Assembly (NCBI GenBank): GCA_016207565.1
Contig: JACQPK010000125.1
Span: 1 to 40,737 of the forward strand
From: Elusimicrobiota bacterium
GTDB lineage: Bacteria > Elusimicrobiota > Elusimicrobia > UBA1565 > JACRDR01
Direction of reading: 5' to 3'
DNA length: 40,737 bases
Shown here piece after piece: positions 1-6,001 of the stretch. Both the position numbers and the translations under genes were made by a program. The notes beneath the pieces were generated by a model. The model worked only from the letters and a program-made list of their open reading frames with translations. It was not told the origin of the DNA and made no database searches. How positions within the stretch are numbered: the stretch's first letter is position 1; each line of letters opens with the position of its first letter.

Positions 1-385
1 CCCGGAACGTGAGCCGCCCGCGGAGGAGCCGGAGGAGGAGCGGGATCTCGAGGCCCACCAGGATGCCGACGACGAGGACCAGCCCGTAGAGGACGAGGCG
101 GAAATGCTGGGTCTGGACGAAGGCGAGGAAGAGGAGCGGCGCCCCCCAGCCGCCGACGAGCCCGACGAGGATCTCCACCTGGACGAAGCGGGCCGCCAGC
201 CCCGTGGCCACGTAGCGCGACAGGAAGGAGCCGATGCCCATCGCGAACAGGTACGCGCCGATCACGGTCGAGAACTGCAGGACCGTGTCGCCGAGCAGAT
301 AGCTCGCCAGGGCGCCGGCGACCAGCTCGTAGACGAGCCCGCAGGTCGCGACGACGAAGATCGAGACGAATAGAGCTAAATTCAA
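1..385 (-). CDS. Polyamine aminopropyltransferase (spermidine synthase)-like protein, membrane N-terminal domain; rest of gene lies outside the window
   Basis: Absent from the ORF track because it starts at TTG (385..383, AAAGGA 6 nt upstream). The minus-strand translation LNLALFVSIFVVATCGLVYELVAGALASYLLGDTVLQFSTVIGAYLFAMGIGSFLSRYV... matches the conserved multi-TM N-terminus of long-form SpeE-like enzymes. Confidence 0.7.
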   Translation of the reverse strand, partial: MNLALFVSIFVVATCGLVYELVAGALASYLLGDTVLQFSTVIGAYLFAMGIGSFLSRYVATGLAARFVQVEILVGLVGGWGAPLLFLAFVQTQHFRLVLYGLVLVVGILVGLEIPLLLRLLRGRLTFR

Positions 386-412
386 GGAAGTTCCTTTGAT
401 GAATAATATTGT

Positions 413-459
413 CCTGGATTCTTCAGACGTAGTTTTGACGAGTAACTGAAGAATCCAGG
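413..459 (-). promoter_or_regulatory. AT-rich 14-bp-stem hairpin between the DUF350 stop and the SpeE-like start (internal terminator/attenuator candidate)
   Basis: CCTGGATTCTTCAG (413..426) pairs perfectly with CTGAAGAATCCAGG (446..459), with a 19-nt loop. It abuts the TAG stop at 460..462. On the minus strand it is followed by ACAATATTATTCATC. This is a strikingly AT-rich patch in GC-rich DNA. Confidence 0.45.
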
Positions 460-681
460 CTATCCGACCAGGCTCGCCGCGATGATGATCGACAGGCCGA
501 TCGCGAACGAGCCCGCGACGGTGGCCAACGCGCGGTTCTGCTTCTGCACGAGCTCCTGCCAGAGGTCGTACGGCGTCAGCTTGTCGACGATGACGAAGAG
601 GACGCATAGGACCGAGGCCCCCAGGCCCGAGTACACCACGGCCGCCACCAGGTGCTGCCAGTTGAGCACGTCTCTCATCAC
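460..681 (-). CDS. DUF350 (YjfL-like) small membrane protein
   Basis: ORF track, 73 aa. It has two hydrophobic helices (LVAAVVYSGLGASVLCVLFVIV, LATVAGSFAIGLSIIIAASL) typical of DUF350. Its start overlaps the stop of the upstream gene. Confidence 0.8.
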   Translation of the reverse strand: MMRDVLNWQHLVAAVVYSGLGASVLCVLFVIVDKLTPYDLWQELVQKQNRALATVAGSFAIGLSIIIAASLVG

Positions 682-860
682 TTTCCTCCGTAATACCGCG
701 TATGCGACCGGTAATGCGACCGGTAGGCGCCCGGGTTGTCGCGGACGCTCTTCGGCACCGACTTCACCTCGTCGACATCGGTCCAGGACGAGCCGAAGTA
801 GCTCGCCCAGGCCATCCAGCCCACCACGGCCGAGCCGTAGAGCCAGTACCAGCGCTTCAT
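678..860 (-). CDS. Small (60 aa) single-TM protein, unknown function
   Basis: This is the C-terminal end of the mis-framed 524-aa track ORF. MKRWYWLYGSAVVGWMAWASYFG forms a TM helix. Its ATG overlaps the TGA of 860..2278 (TGATG), and its stop overlaps the DUF350 start. Confidence 0.55.
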   Translation of the reverse strand: MKRWYWLYGSAVVGWMAWASYFGSSWTDVDEVKSVPKSVRDNPGAYRSHYRSHTRYYGGK

Positions 861-2278
861 CACTCGTCGTCCTCGTCGCCGCCGTGTCCGCCCCAGGGGT
901 GGTCGCTCTCCACCCAGCGGCTCTGCTCGAAGGTGTTCCGGCGCCACCAGAACCACAGCACGGGAAGCGCGAGCAGGATCAAGGCGACGACCGCGAAGCT
1001 CGCGCGCGCGACGTCGCGGCGAAGGCGGAGCGTGAAGCCGAACGGCCCGGTGCTCGCGTCGGTCTCGGGCTCGATGCGGAGGTAGTAGCGCCCCGAAGGC
1101 ACCCGCGGCAGATAGGCGACGTCGACCTGGGAGCCTTCGCTCCAGGCCTCGCCGTCCTCGCTGCCTTGGTAGTACGCGACGTCGCGTCCGAAGTCGAGCG
1201 CGACGTCCGTGTCCGCGTTGATGAGCGCCAGGCTGAAGTACGCCCACTGGTTGTTCAGCGAGGTGTTCAACGCGACCTCGACGTTCGCGGTGTGGCCTCT
1301 GAGCTCGAAGACCTCGGTGACGACCGACTTCTCGACGGCCGCCGGGTCGTAGGAGAAAGAGCGCTCGAACACGGTCTCGCCCGAGGCCTGCAGGGCGATC
1401 GCGATCGCCAACCCGACCGCCGCGGCGGCCAGGGCGAAGAACGCGGCGGTGAGCCCGGCCCACGAGGCCTCGTACGGGTTGGGCTGCGCGGGCGCGACTC
1501 CGACGCGGGCGGGCGGCGAGCCCGGGAGCTTGAACGCGGCCCAAACCTCCTCCGGCTCGAGGTAGCGGCCGTGCGTCCAGACCGAGTCCTTGCCCGTCAC
1601 CTCCTGGGACAGCAGATGCGGCGGACAGACGAAGTCGCGCGCGCGCGACTTCTCGCCGACCTTGACCTTCCACGGGAACTCCCCGACGACGTAGGTGACG
1701 ACCGGCTGGGACGTCTGGAAGTGCCGGTACCTGCGTCCCTCGTAGGTCGCGACGGGGTCCGCGCTTTCGTCGGGATTGTCCGCGCTCCCGCCGTCCGGGA
1801 TCTCGGGGAAGGCGCGCTCCGTTTGCGCGGCCGCCGCCGCCGGGGCGTTGGATCGCGCCTCGCCGTGGAGCGCGCGACGCTGCTCCTCGAGCTTTCGGGT
1901 GAACGCCTCGACGGCCGCCGGCGGCAGGAGCGGCGGCGCGGGCCCGGCCGCGGCGCCCTCGCCCTTGACCAGGCCCTCGACGCCGGAGGCCTTGCGGAGC
2001 TTCGCGACCTCGCCCGCGTCGAACCAGAGGCCGCCGCACGCCGTGCACTCCTCGAGCTCGAGGGCGTCGCGATAGCGGCCGGTGCGCAACGGCCGCTCGC
2101 ACTTCGGGCAGCTCCACTGGGTATCGGCGGCGCCCGAGAGCTCGAGGGCGAGCGCGAGCTCGCCCCGGTCGTAGAAAACTCCGTAGCAGTGGGGGCAGGA
2201 CTCGACCGTCACCCGTTCCGGCAGCCGGATCTCGTCGAGCGGGCAGGAGCACTTCGGGCAGCGCAGCTTCCCGCTCAC
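860..2278 (-). CDS. Membrane protein with two TFIIB-type zinc ribbons, a DUF4178 domain and two TM segments
   Basis: GTG start at 2278 (GGAGGAGGG upstream, GTGA overlap with the upstream stop). The N-terminal 125 aa of the track ORF is Arg-rich out-of-frame read-through. Motifs are CPKCSCPL...CPHCYGVFYD and CPKCERPL...CTACGGLWFD, followed by VVGEFPWKVKVGEKSRARDF (DUF4178-like). Confidence 0.8.
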   Translation of the reverse strand: MSGKLRCPKCSCPLDEIRLPERVTVESCPHCYGVFYDRGELALALELSGAADTQWSCPKCERPLRTGRYRDALELEECTACGGLWFDAGEVAKLRKASGVEGLVKGEGAAAGPAPPLLPPAAVEAFTRKLEEQRRALHGEARSNAPAAAAAQTERAFPEIPDGGSADNPDESADPVATYEGRRYRHFQTSQPVVTYVVGEFPWKVKVGEKSRARDFVCPPHLLSQEVTGKDSVWTHGRYLEPEEVWAAFKLPGSPPARVGVAPAQPNPYEASWAGLTAAFFALAAAAVGLAIAIALQASGETVFERSFSYDPAAVEKSVVTEVFELRGHTANVEVALNTSLNNQWAYFSLALINADTDVALDFGRDVAYYQGSEDGEAWSEGSQVDVAYLPRVPSGRYYLRIEPETDASTGPFGFTLRLRRDVARASFAVVALILLALPVLWFWWRRNTFEQSRWVESDHPWGGHGGDEDDE

Positions 2279-2673
2279 CGGCCCTCCTCCGGGCGCTCGA
2301 CGCAGTCCTGGAGCAAAGTGAAGTGGCCGTTGTACTCGAGCAGCCAGCGATATCCCTGATAGGGGTTCCAGAGCAGCGTCTCCGACCACTCGTAGTCGAC
2401 GCCGTAGTAGCGGACGCGGCGGCGCATGTAGCCGATCGCCTCGAACTCCGCGTCGCCGAGCCCCGGGTCGGGGCCGCCGAGCTTGCCGCGCGTCCCGAGC
2501 GGGACGACGGGCTCGTGGACGATCTTCGACTTGTAGCGGCTCAGGATCTGATGCTTCGGGTCCTGGGCGTCCACGACGCTGCCGCAGTAGGGGCAGGCGA
2601 TGGATTCCGTCTGACCTTGCGCGCGGACCTTGAGCGGTCCTCCGCACCCGGTGCAGTTGAACGCGACGGCGAT
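2275..2673 (-). CDS. DUF4178 domain protein with N-terminal zinc ribbon; no canonical start codon (ATC 2673 proposed)
   Basis: The track ORF begins at GTG 2574. However, the same frame is open back to 2697 and encodes FNCTGCGGPLKVRAQGQTESIACPYCGSVVD, the CxxC...CxxC ribbon seen in the paralog 2678..3304. The only start-like codon is ATC, 10 nt after GAGGGG. Confidence 0.6.
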   Translation of the reverse strand: MAVAFNCTGCGGPLKVRAQGQTESIACPYCGSVVDAQDPKHQILSRYKSKIVHEPVVPLGTRGKLGGPDPGLGDAEFEAIGYMRRRVRYYGVDYEWSETLLWNPYQGYRWLLEYNGHFTLLQDCVERPEEGR

Positions 2674-2677
2674 GGCG

Positions 2678-3304
2678 CTACCACCCCTCGACGGCCTTCA
2701 AGCCGTCGAGCCGGAGCTGCGGGAACGGCACGTACTCGCCGATGAAGGCGAGCGGGGAGTCCTCGGAGTAGTCGAGGGTCGCGAAGCGCGCGCCCGGCCC
2801 GCGGAGGTCGGCGAGCGGCGCCTCCTCTCCGAGCGGCGCGCGAAACGGGAGCTCGCCCTCGGCCGAGAGGTAGGCGGCGTGGCGCAGGTCGGAGACCTCG
2901 TAGGCGGCTCCGCCCAAGGCGATCGAGGAGCCGATCTTGAGCTTCGAGAAAGGCGGGAGGTCCTTCGCCTCCACTTGGAAGCTCACGGCGTAGGTGCCGG
3001 CCGCCTCTCCCAGCCAGCCCGCCCTGCCGTCCGAGAGCGCGATATGCCACTCGTTCCACCAGCCGTCCGGGAAGCGCAGCTGCAGCCGGCCGATCACGGA
3101 GAAGTCCGTTCCTTTATAAGAGCCGCGCGCGCCAAGCTGGACGACGGAGCCGTCGTCGTGCGCGTCCGCGACCTTCCCGAGGTCCTTGAGGTCGAGCTCT
3201 TCCCGGAGGACCTGCGTGCGGCAGTGCGGGCAGACCGCCGTGAGCGAGACCGAGGACCGGAACGGGACCTTGGCCCCGCAGGAGGGACAATTCAACTCGA
3301 CCAT
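2678..3304 (-). CDS. DUF4178 domain protein (zinc ribbon plus two DUF4178-like repeats)
   Basis: The start is moved to ATG 3304 (MVELNCPSCGAKVPF...). AAGAAT lies 6 nt upstream, and the earlier ATG 3349 would place the promoter palindrome inside the gene. Motifs include GRLQLRFPDGWWNEWHIALSDGRAGWL. Confidence 0.8.
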   Translation of the reverse strand: MVELNCPSCGAKVPFRSSVSLTAVCPHCRTQVLREELDLKDLGKVADAHDDGSVVQLGARGSYKGTDFSVIGRLQLRFPDGWWNEWHIALSDGRAGWLGEAAGTYAVSFQVEAKDLPPFSKLKIGSSIALGGAAYEVSDLRHAAYLSAEGELPFRAPLGEEAPLADLRGPGARFATLDYSEDSPLAFIGEYVPFPQLRLDGLKAVEGW

Positions 3305-3310
3305 CGGCAC

Positions 3311-3341
3311 ATTCTTGCGTTTCGCCGTTGCGAAACGCAAG
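3311..3341. promoter_or_regulatory. 28-bp perfect palindrome (12-bp arms) forming back-to-back divergent promoters; probable operator
   Basis: The palindrome is CTTGCGTTTCGC-cgtt-GCGAAACGCAAG (3314..3341). The minus strand reads TTGCGT(3340..3335)-18-AAGAAT(3316..3311)-6-ATG 3304. The plus strand reads TTGCGA(3328..3333)-18-CATGCT(3352..3357). Confidence 0.5.
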
Positions 3342-3936
3342 GCAATCATGCCATGCTTTCGATATCAAACGCATACTGCTCCTAGTCGCGGCGTTCCTGT
3401 GGGCGGCCGAGGCCTCGGCCGAGCCCCAGTGGCGCGTGCGCGCCCGGGAGCACTTCGAGCGGGGAAAGGTCAATCTGGCCGACGGCCAAGGCGATCTCGG
3501 GCACCAAGGCTTCCTCTCGGCGTTCGATGTGTTCCGCGAGGACCCGATGAAGCTGATGTACGGACTCACGGTGCATCGCGGAAGCCTCGGCCGCATCGAC
3601 AACACGCGAGGGTTGACGGTCACGAGCGTCGGCTTCGAGGTCAAGCACTTCCCGTGGGAGAAGCAGCGCTTCTTCTACCGGGGAGGGATCACGGCGAACG
3701 CGCTCCAGCCGACGGCCTCCGGCGGGGACTCCGAGGGCGGCCACTTTTGGACCTACGGCCTGCTCACGGGCGTCGGCGTCGAGCTGCCGCTGTGGCGGCT
3801 GGGCGTCGCCCCGGAGATCGGCGGCCGCTTCGCCCGCGGCTCGGCCGGCAAGCGCATCAACATGCTGTACGTCGCGCTCGGCGTGCACTTCTACGTCTTC
3901 AAAGGCGACAAGGCCTCCCGCGACCAGAACAAGTGA
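3328..3936 (+). CDS. Secreted protein, possibly a small outer-membrane beta-barrel; start codon uncertain
   Basis: ORF track, 202 aa from TTG 3328. The signal peptide is KRILLLVAAFLWAAEASA. Gly/aromatic-rich alternating segments follow (GLTVTSVGFEVKHF, FWTYGLLTGVGVEL, LYVALGVHFYVF). The best signal-peptide N-terminus would begin at ATC 3364. Confidence 0.6.
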   Translation: MRNARQSCHAFDIKRILLLVAAFLWAAEASAEPQWRVRAREHFERGKVNLADGQGDLGHQGFLSAFDVFREDPMKLMYGLTVHRGSLGRIDNTRGLTVTSVGFEVKHFPWEKQRFFYRGGITANALQPTASGGDSEGGHFWTYGLLTGVGVELPLWRLGVAPEIGGRFARGSAGKRINMLYVALGVHFYVFKGDKASRDQNK

Positions 3937-3970
3937 AGTTAGTAAAGTGGGGACTGTCCCCACTTTACTT
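3930..3970 (+). repeat. Palindromic repeat, copy 1 (core 3941..3969)
   Basis: The sequence is CAAGTGAAGTTAGTAAAGTGGGGAC-T-GTCCCCACTTTACTT. The core has perfect 14-bp arms. It contains the TGA stop of 3328..3936. Confidence 0.9.
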
Positions 3971-3978
3971 GCTAATCT
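3970..3978 (+). promoter_or_regulatory. Extended -10 (TGC-TAATCT) for a leaderless NUDIX operon transcript
   Basis: TGCTAATCT ends 7 nt before ATG 3986, and there is no Shine-Dalgarno sequence in between. Confidence 0.45.
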
Positions 3979-3985
3979 TGTTCCG

Positions 3986-4417
3986 ATGGCTGTGAAGGGA
4001 TTCAGCTGCCGGATCTACGGCGTCCTCGTGGAGCAGGACCAGGTGCTGCTCACGCGGAGCCGGTTCTTGGACCGCGAGTTCGTGAACGTCCCCGGCGGGG
4101 GCATGGAGCTCGGCGAGGCGCCCGTGTCCGCCCTCAAGCGGGAGTTCGTCGAGGAGACGGGCCTCGAGGTCGAGCCGGTGCGCGTGCTCTACGCCAGCGA
4201 GGGGCTCCACCTCTCGACGCAGATGCCGATGCAGATCGTCAGCATGTACTGGCTGGTCGAGAAGAGAGGCGGCGTCCTCCGCACGACCGGCAACGGCGAC
4301 GACGTGGTCTCGCTGTTCTGGGCCGACGTCGCGGCCGTGCCCACCGGCGAGATGTTCCCTTCCGACCGGGAGTTCGCTTCCCGCCTCGACCGCATCCTGG
4401 GCGCCGGCAAGCTCTGA
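3986..4417 (+). CDS. NUDIX hydrolase
   Basis: The Nudix box GGGMELGEAPVSALKREFVEETGL is present. The start is moved to ATG 3986 (MAVKGF...), because the track N-terminus MGTVPTLL is a translation of the palindromic repeat. Confidence 0.85.
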   Translation: MAVKGFSCRIYGVLVEQDQVLLTRSRFLDREFVNVPGGGMELGEAPVSALKREFVEETGLEVEPVRVLYASEGLHLSTQMPMQIVSMYWLVEKRGGVLRTTGNGDDVVSLFWADVAAVPTGEMFPSDREFASRLDRILGAGKL

Positions 4418-5061
4418 TGTCGTTCACGGGCCAGATCACGCAGAAGTGCCCCGGCTGCTCCGAAGAGGGGGACTACGAGGTCTGGTCTTTCGTGCGGGGC
4501 GACCAGGACGAGACCCTCCGCGACCGGCTGAAGGGCGGCGAGCTGAACGTGCTCGAGTGCGCGAACTGCGGCCGGCTCTTCGTCCCGGAGATCTCATGGG
4601 TCTACGCGGACCCCTCGATCGACCTCATCGCCTTCGTGTTCCCCGAGCTGTTCGCCCCCGACGCGGCGAAGTGGCGGGAGAAGATGCGCGAGGACTTCGC
4701 GCGCATGCGGCCCGTGATCGACAAGCTCGGGCTCAAAGACGAGCCGCTCATCTTCTTCGGCGCCGAGCCGCTGGCCGCCCTCATCGAGGAGTCCGAGGTC
4801 CTGTCGGACGAGTCCGCCGTCGCGGACTGGTTCGCCGCCAAGCTCGAGCTCGCGCGCCGGCTCGTGGAGCCGGCCTTCGCCCGGCGGCGGCGCCTGCCGC
4901 GCTCGCTGCCGTTCTCGAAGAAGGGCTACTCGCGCGAAGGAGCCGTGGAGGCGCTGAGGAAGCTCGTGAAGGCCAACGACCGCCTCGCGGGCTATCGCCG
5001 CTGGCTCGAGTACTTCGAGGGAGGGGGAGCAGACCCGCCGTTCTCCTCGCCGCCGCCGTGA
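4417..5061 (+). CDS. CpXC domain protein
   Basis: CPGCSEEGDYEVWSFV...LKGGELNVLECANCG matches the CpXC zinc-ribbon pattern. The ATG overlaps the NUDIX stop (TGATG). Confidence 0.7.
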   Translation: MSFTGQITQKCPGCSEEGDYEVWSFVRGDQDETLRDRLKGGELNVLECANCGRLFVPEISWVYADPSIDLIAFVFPELFAPDAAKWREKMREDFARMRPVIDKLGLKDEPLIFFGAEPLAALIEESEVLSDESAVADWFAAKLELARRLVEPAFARRRRLPRSLPFSKKGYSREGAVEALRKLVKANDRLAGYRRWLEYFEGGGADPPFSSPPP

Positions 5062-5564
5062 CCGCGTTCGCCTCCATCGACTTCGAGACCGCGGACCACG
5101 GGCCCGACAGCGCCTGTGCCGTCGCGATCGTGCGCGTGGAGGACGGCATGATCGTCCGGCGCGAGCACCGCCTCCTCCGCCCGCCCCGGCGGCGCTTCGT
5201 CTTCACCCCGATCCACGGCATCGCCTGGGAGGACGTGCGCTCGGCGCCCACGTTCGCCGAGGCGTGGCCCCAGCTGCAGGAGAGCCTCGATGGAATCGAT
5301 TTCCTCGCCGCCCACAACGCGAGCTTCGACCGGCGCGTCCTCGGCGCGTGCTGCGGGGCGGCGGGCTGGGGCTCGCCGGAGCACCGCTGGGTGTGCACCG
5401 TGCGGCTGTCGCGCCGGCTCTGGAAGCTGCACAGCCACGCGCTGCCGAACGTCTGCCGGCACCTCGGCGTGCCGCTGCGGCATCACGAGGCGCTGTCGGA
5501 CGCGGAGGCCTGCGCGCGGATCGTGCTCGCGGCGATGAGGGACGGAGCGGAGGTTCTGACATGA
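5058..5564 (+). CDS. DEDDh 3'-5' exonuclease (DnaQ/PolC-exonuclease-like)
   Basis: GTG 5058 overlaps the previous stop (GTGA). Motifs are ASIDFETA (Exo I), LAAHNASFDRRVL (Exo II) and HHEALSDAEACARI (Exo III, H-x4-D). This is the real C-terminal part of track ORF 4446..5564. Confidence 0.85.
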   Translation: MTAFASIDFETADHGPDSACAVAIVRVEDGMIVRREHRLLRPPRRRFVFTPIHGIAWEDVRSAPTFAEAWPQLQESLDGIDFLAAHNASFDRRVLGACCGAAGWGSPEHRWVCTVRLSRRLWKLHSHALPNVCRHLGVPLRHHEALSDAEACARIVLAAMRDGAEVLT

Positions 5565-6001
5565 GCGAGCGAGATCCATTCCTGAGCGCCGCGATCGACG
5601 AGGCCCGCAAGGGTTGGGACGAAGGCGGCATCCCGATCGGGTCGGTGCTCGTGCGCGACGGGAAGATCCTGGGGCGCGGGCACAACCGGCGCGTGCAGCA
5701 GGGCGACCCGATGGCGCACGCCGAGATCGACTGCCTGCGCAACGCGGGACGGATTGGCCACTACCGGGGCACGGTCCTCTACTCCACGCTCATGCCCTGC
5801 TATCTCTGCGCGGGCGCGGCCGTGCAGTTCGGCGTGCCGAAGGTGATCGTCGGGGAGTCCGAGACGTTCCCGGGCGCGCGCGAGCTCATGGAGGCGAAGG
5901 GCATCGAGGTCGTCGACGCCGGCGACCGGGAGTGCGTCGAGTTGATGCGGAGGCTCATCCGCGAGAAGCCGCAGCTCTGGAACGAGGACATCGGCGTATG
6001 A
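5561..6001 (+). CDS. Zinc-dependent cytosine/nucleoside deaminase, FCY1-type (CMP/dCMP deaminase fold)
   Basis: ATGA overlap with the upstream gene. Motifs are AIDEARKGWDEGGIPIGSVL, HAE, PCYLCAGA and a C-terminal KPQLWNEDIGV. Together they closely follow the yeast-type cytosine deaminase pattern. Confidence 0.8.
   Translation: MSERDPFLSAAIDEARKGWDEGGIPIGSVLVRDGKILGRGHNRRVQQGDPMAHAEIDCLRNAGRIGHYRGTVLYSTLMPCYLCAGAAVQFGVPKVIVGESETFPGARELMEAKGIEVVDAGDRECVELMRRLIREKPQLWNEDIGV

Noticed and set aside
482-2359. Very long ORFs in the track, such as 482..2359 +, 678..2252 -, 7288..8478 +, 7643..9157 +, 14603..16027 -, 23860..25452 +, 23906..25540 -, 33058..34989 -, 35397..36806 -, 37116..39041 + and 38858..40618 -.
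   Set aside because: Their translations are Arg/Pro/Gly/Ala-rich and low in complexity. They lie antisense to, or out of frame with, genes that have clear motifs. This is the expected stop-codon-poor alternate-frame artefact of very GC-rich DNA.
2671-2700. A prfB-like programmed +1 frameshift joining 2678..3304 to 2275..2673, since an SD-like GAGGGG lies just before TGG TAG C.
   Set aside because: The downstream frame is +1 and the SD-like element is suggestive. However, a P-site Trp codon UGG cannot re-pair in the +1 frame (GGU). Independent initiation or a sequence error is the simpler explanation.
3947-3985. The recurrent peptide MGTVPTLL at the start of several track ORFs (3947.. +, 3382..3963 -, 9862..10155 -).
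   Set aside because: It is simply the translation of the palindromic repeat (GTGGGGACNGTCCCCAC...). It is not a conserved protein N-terminus. The NUDIX start was moved to ATG 3986.
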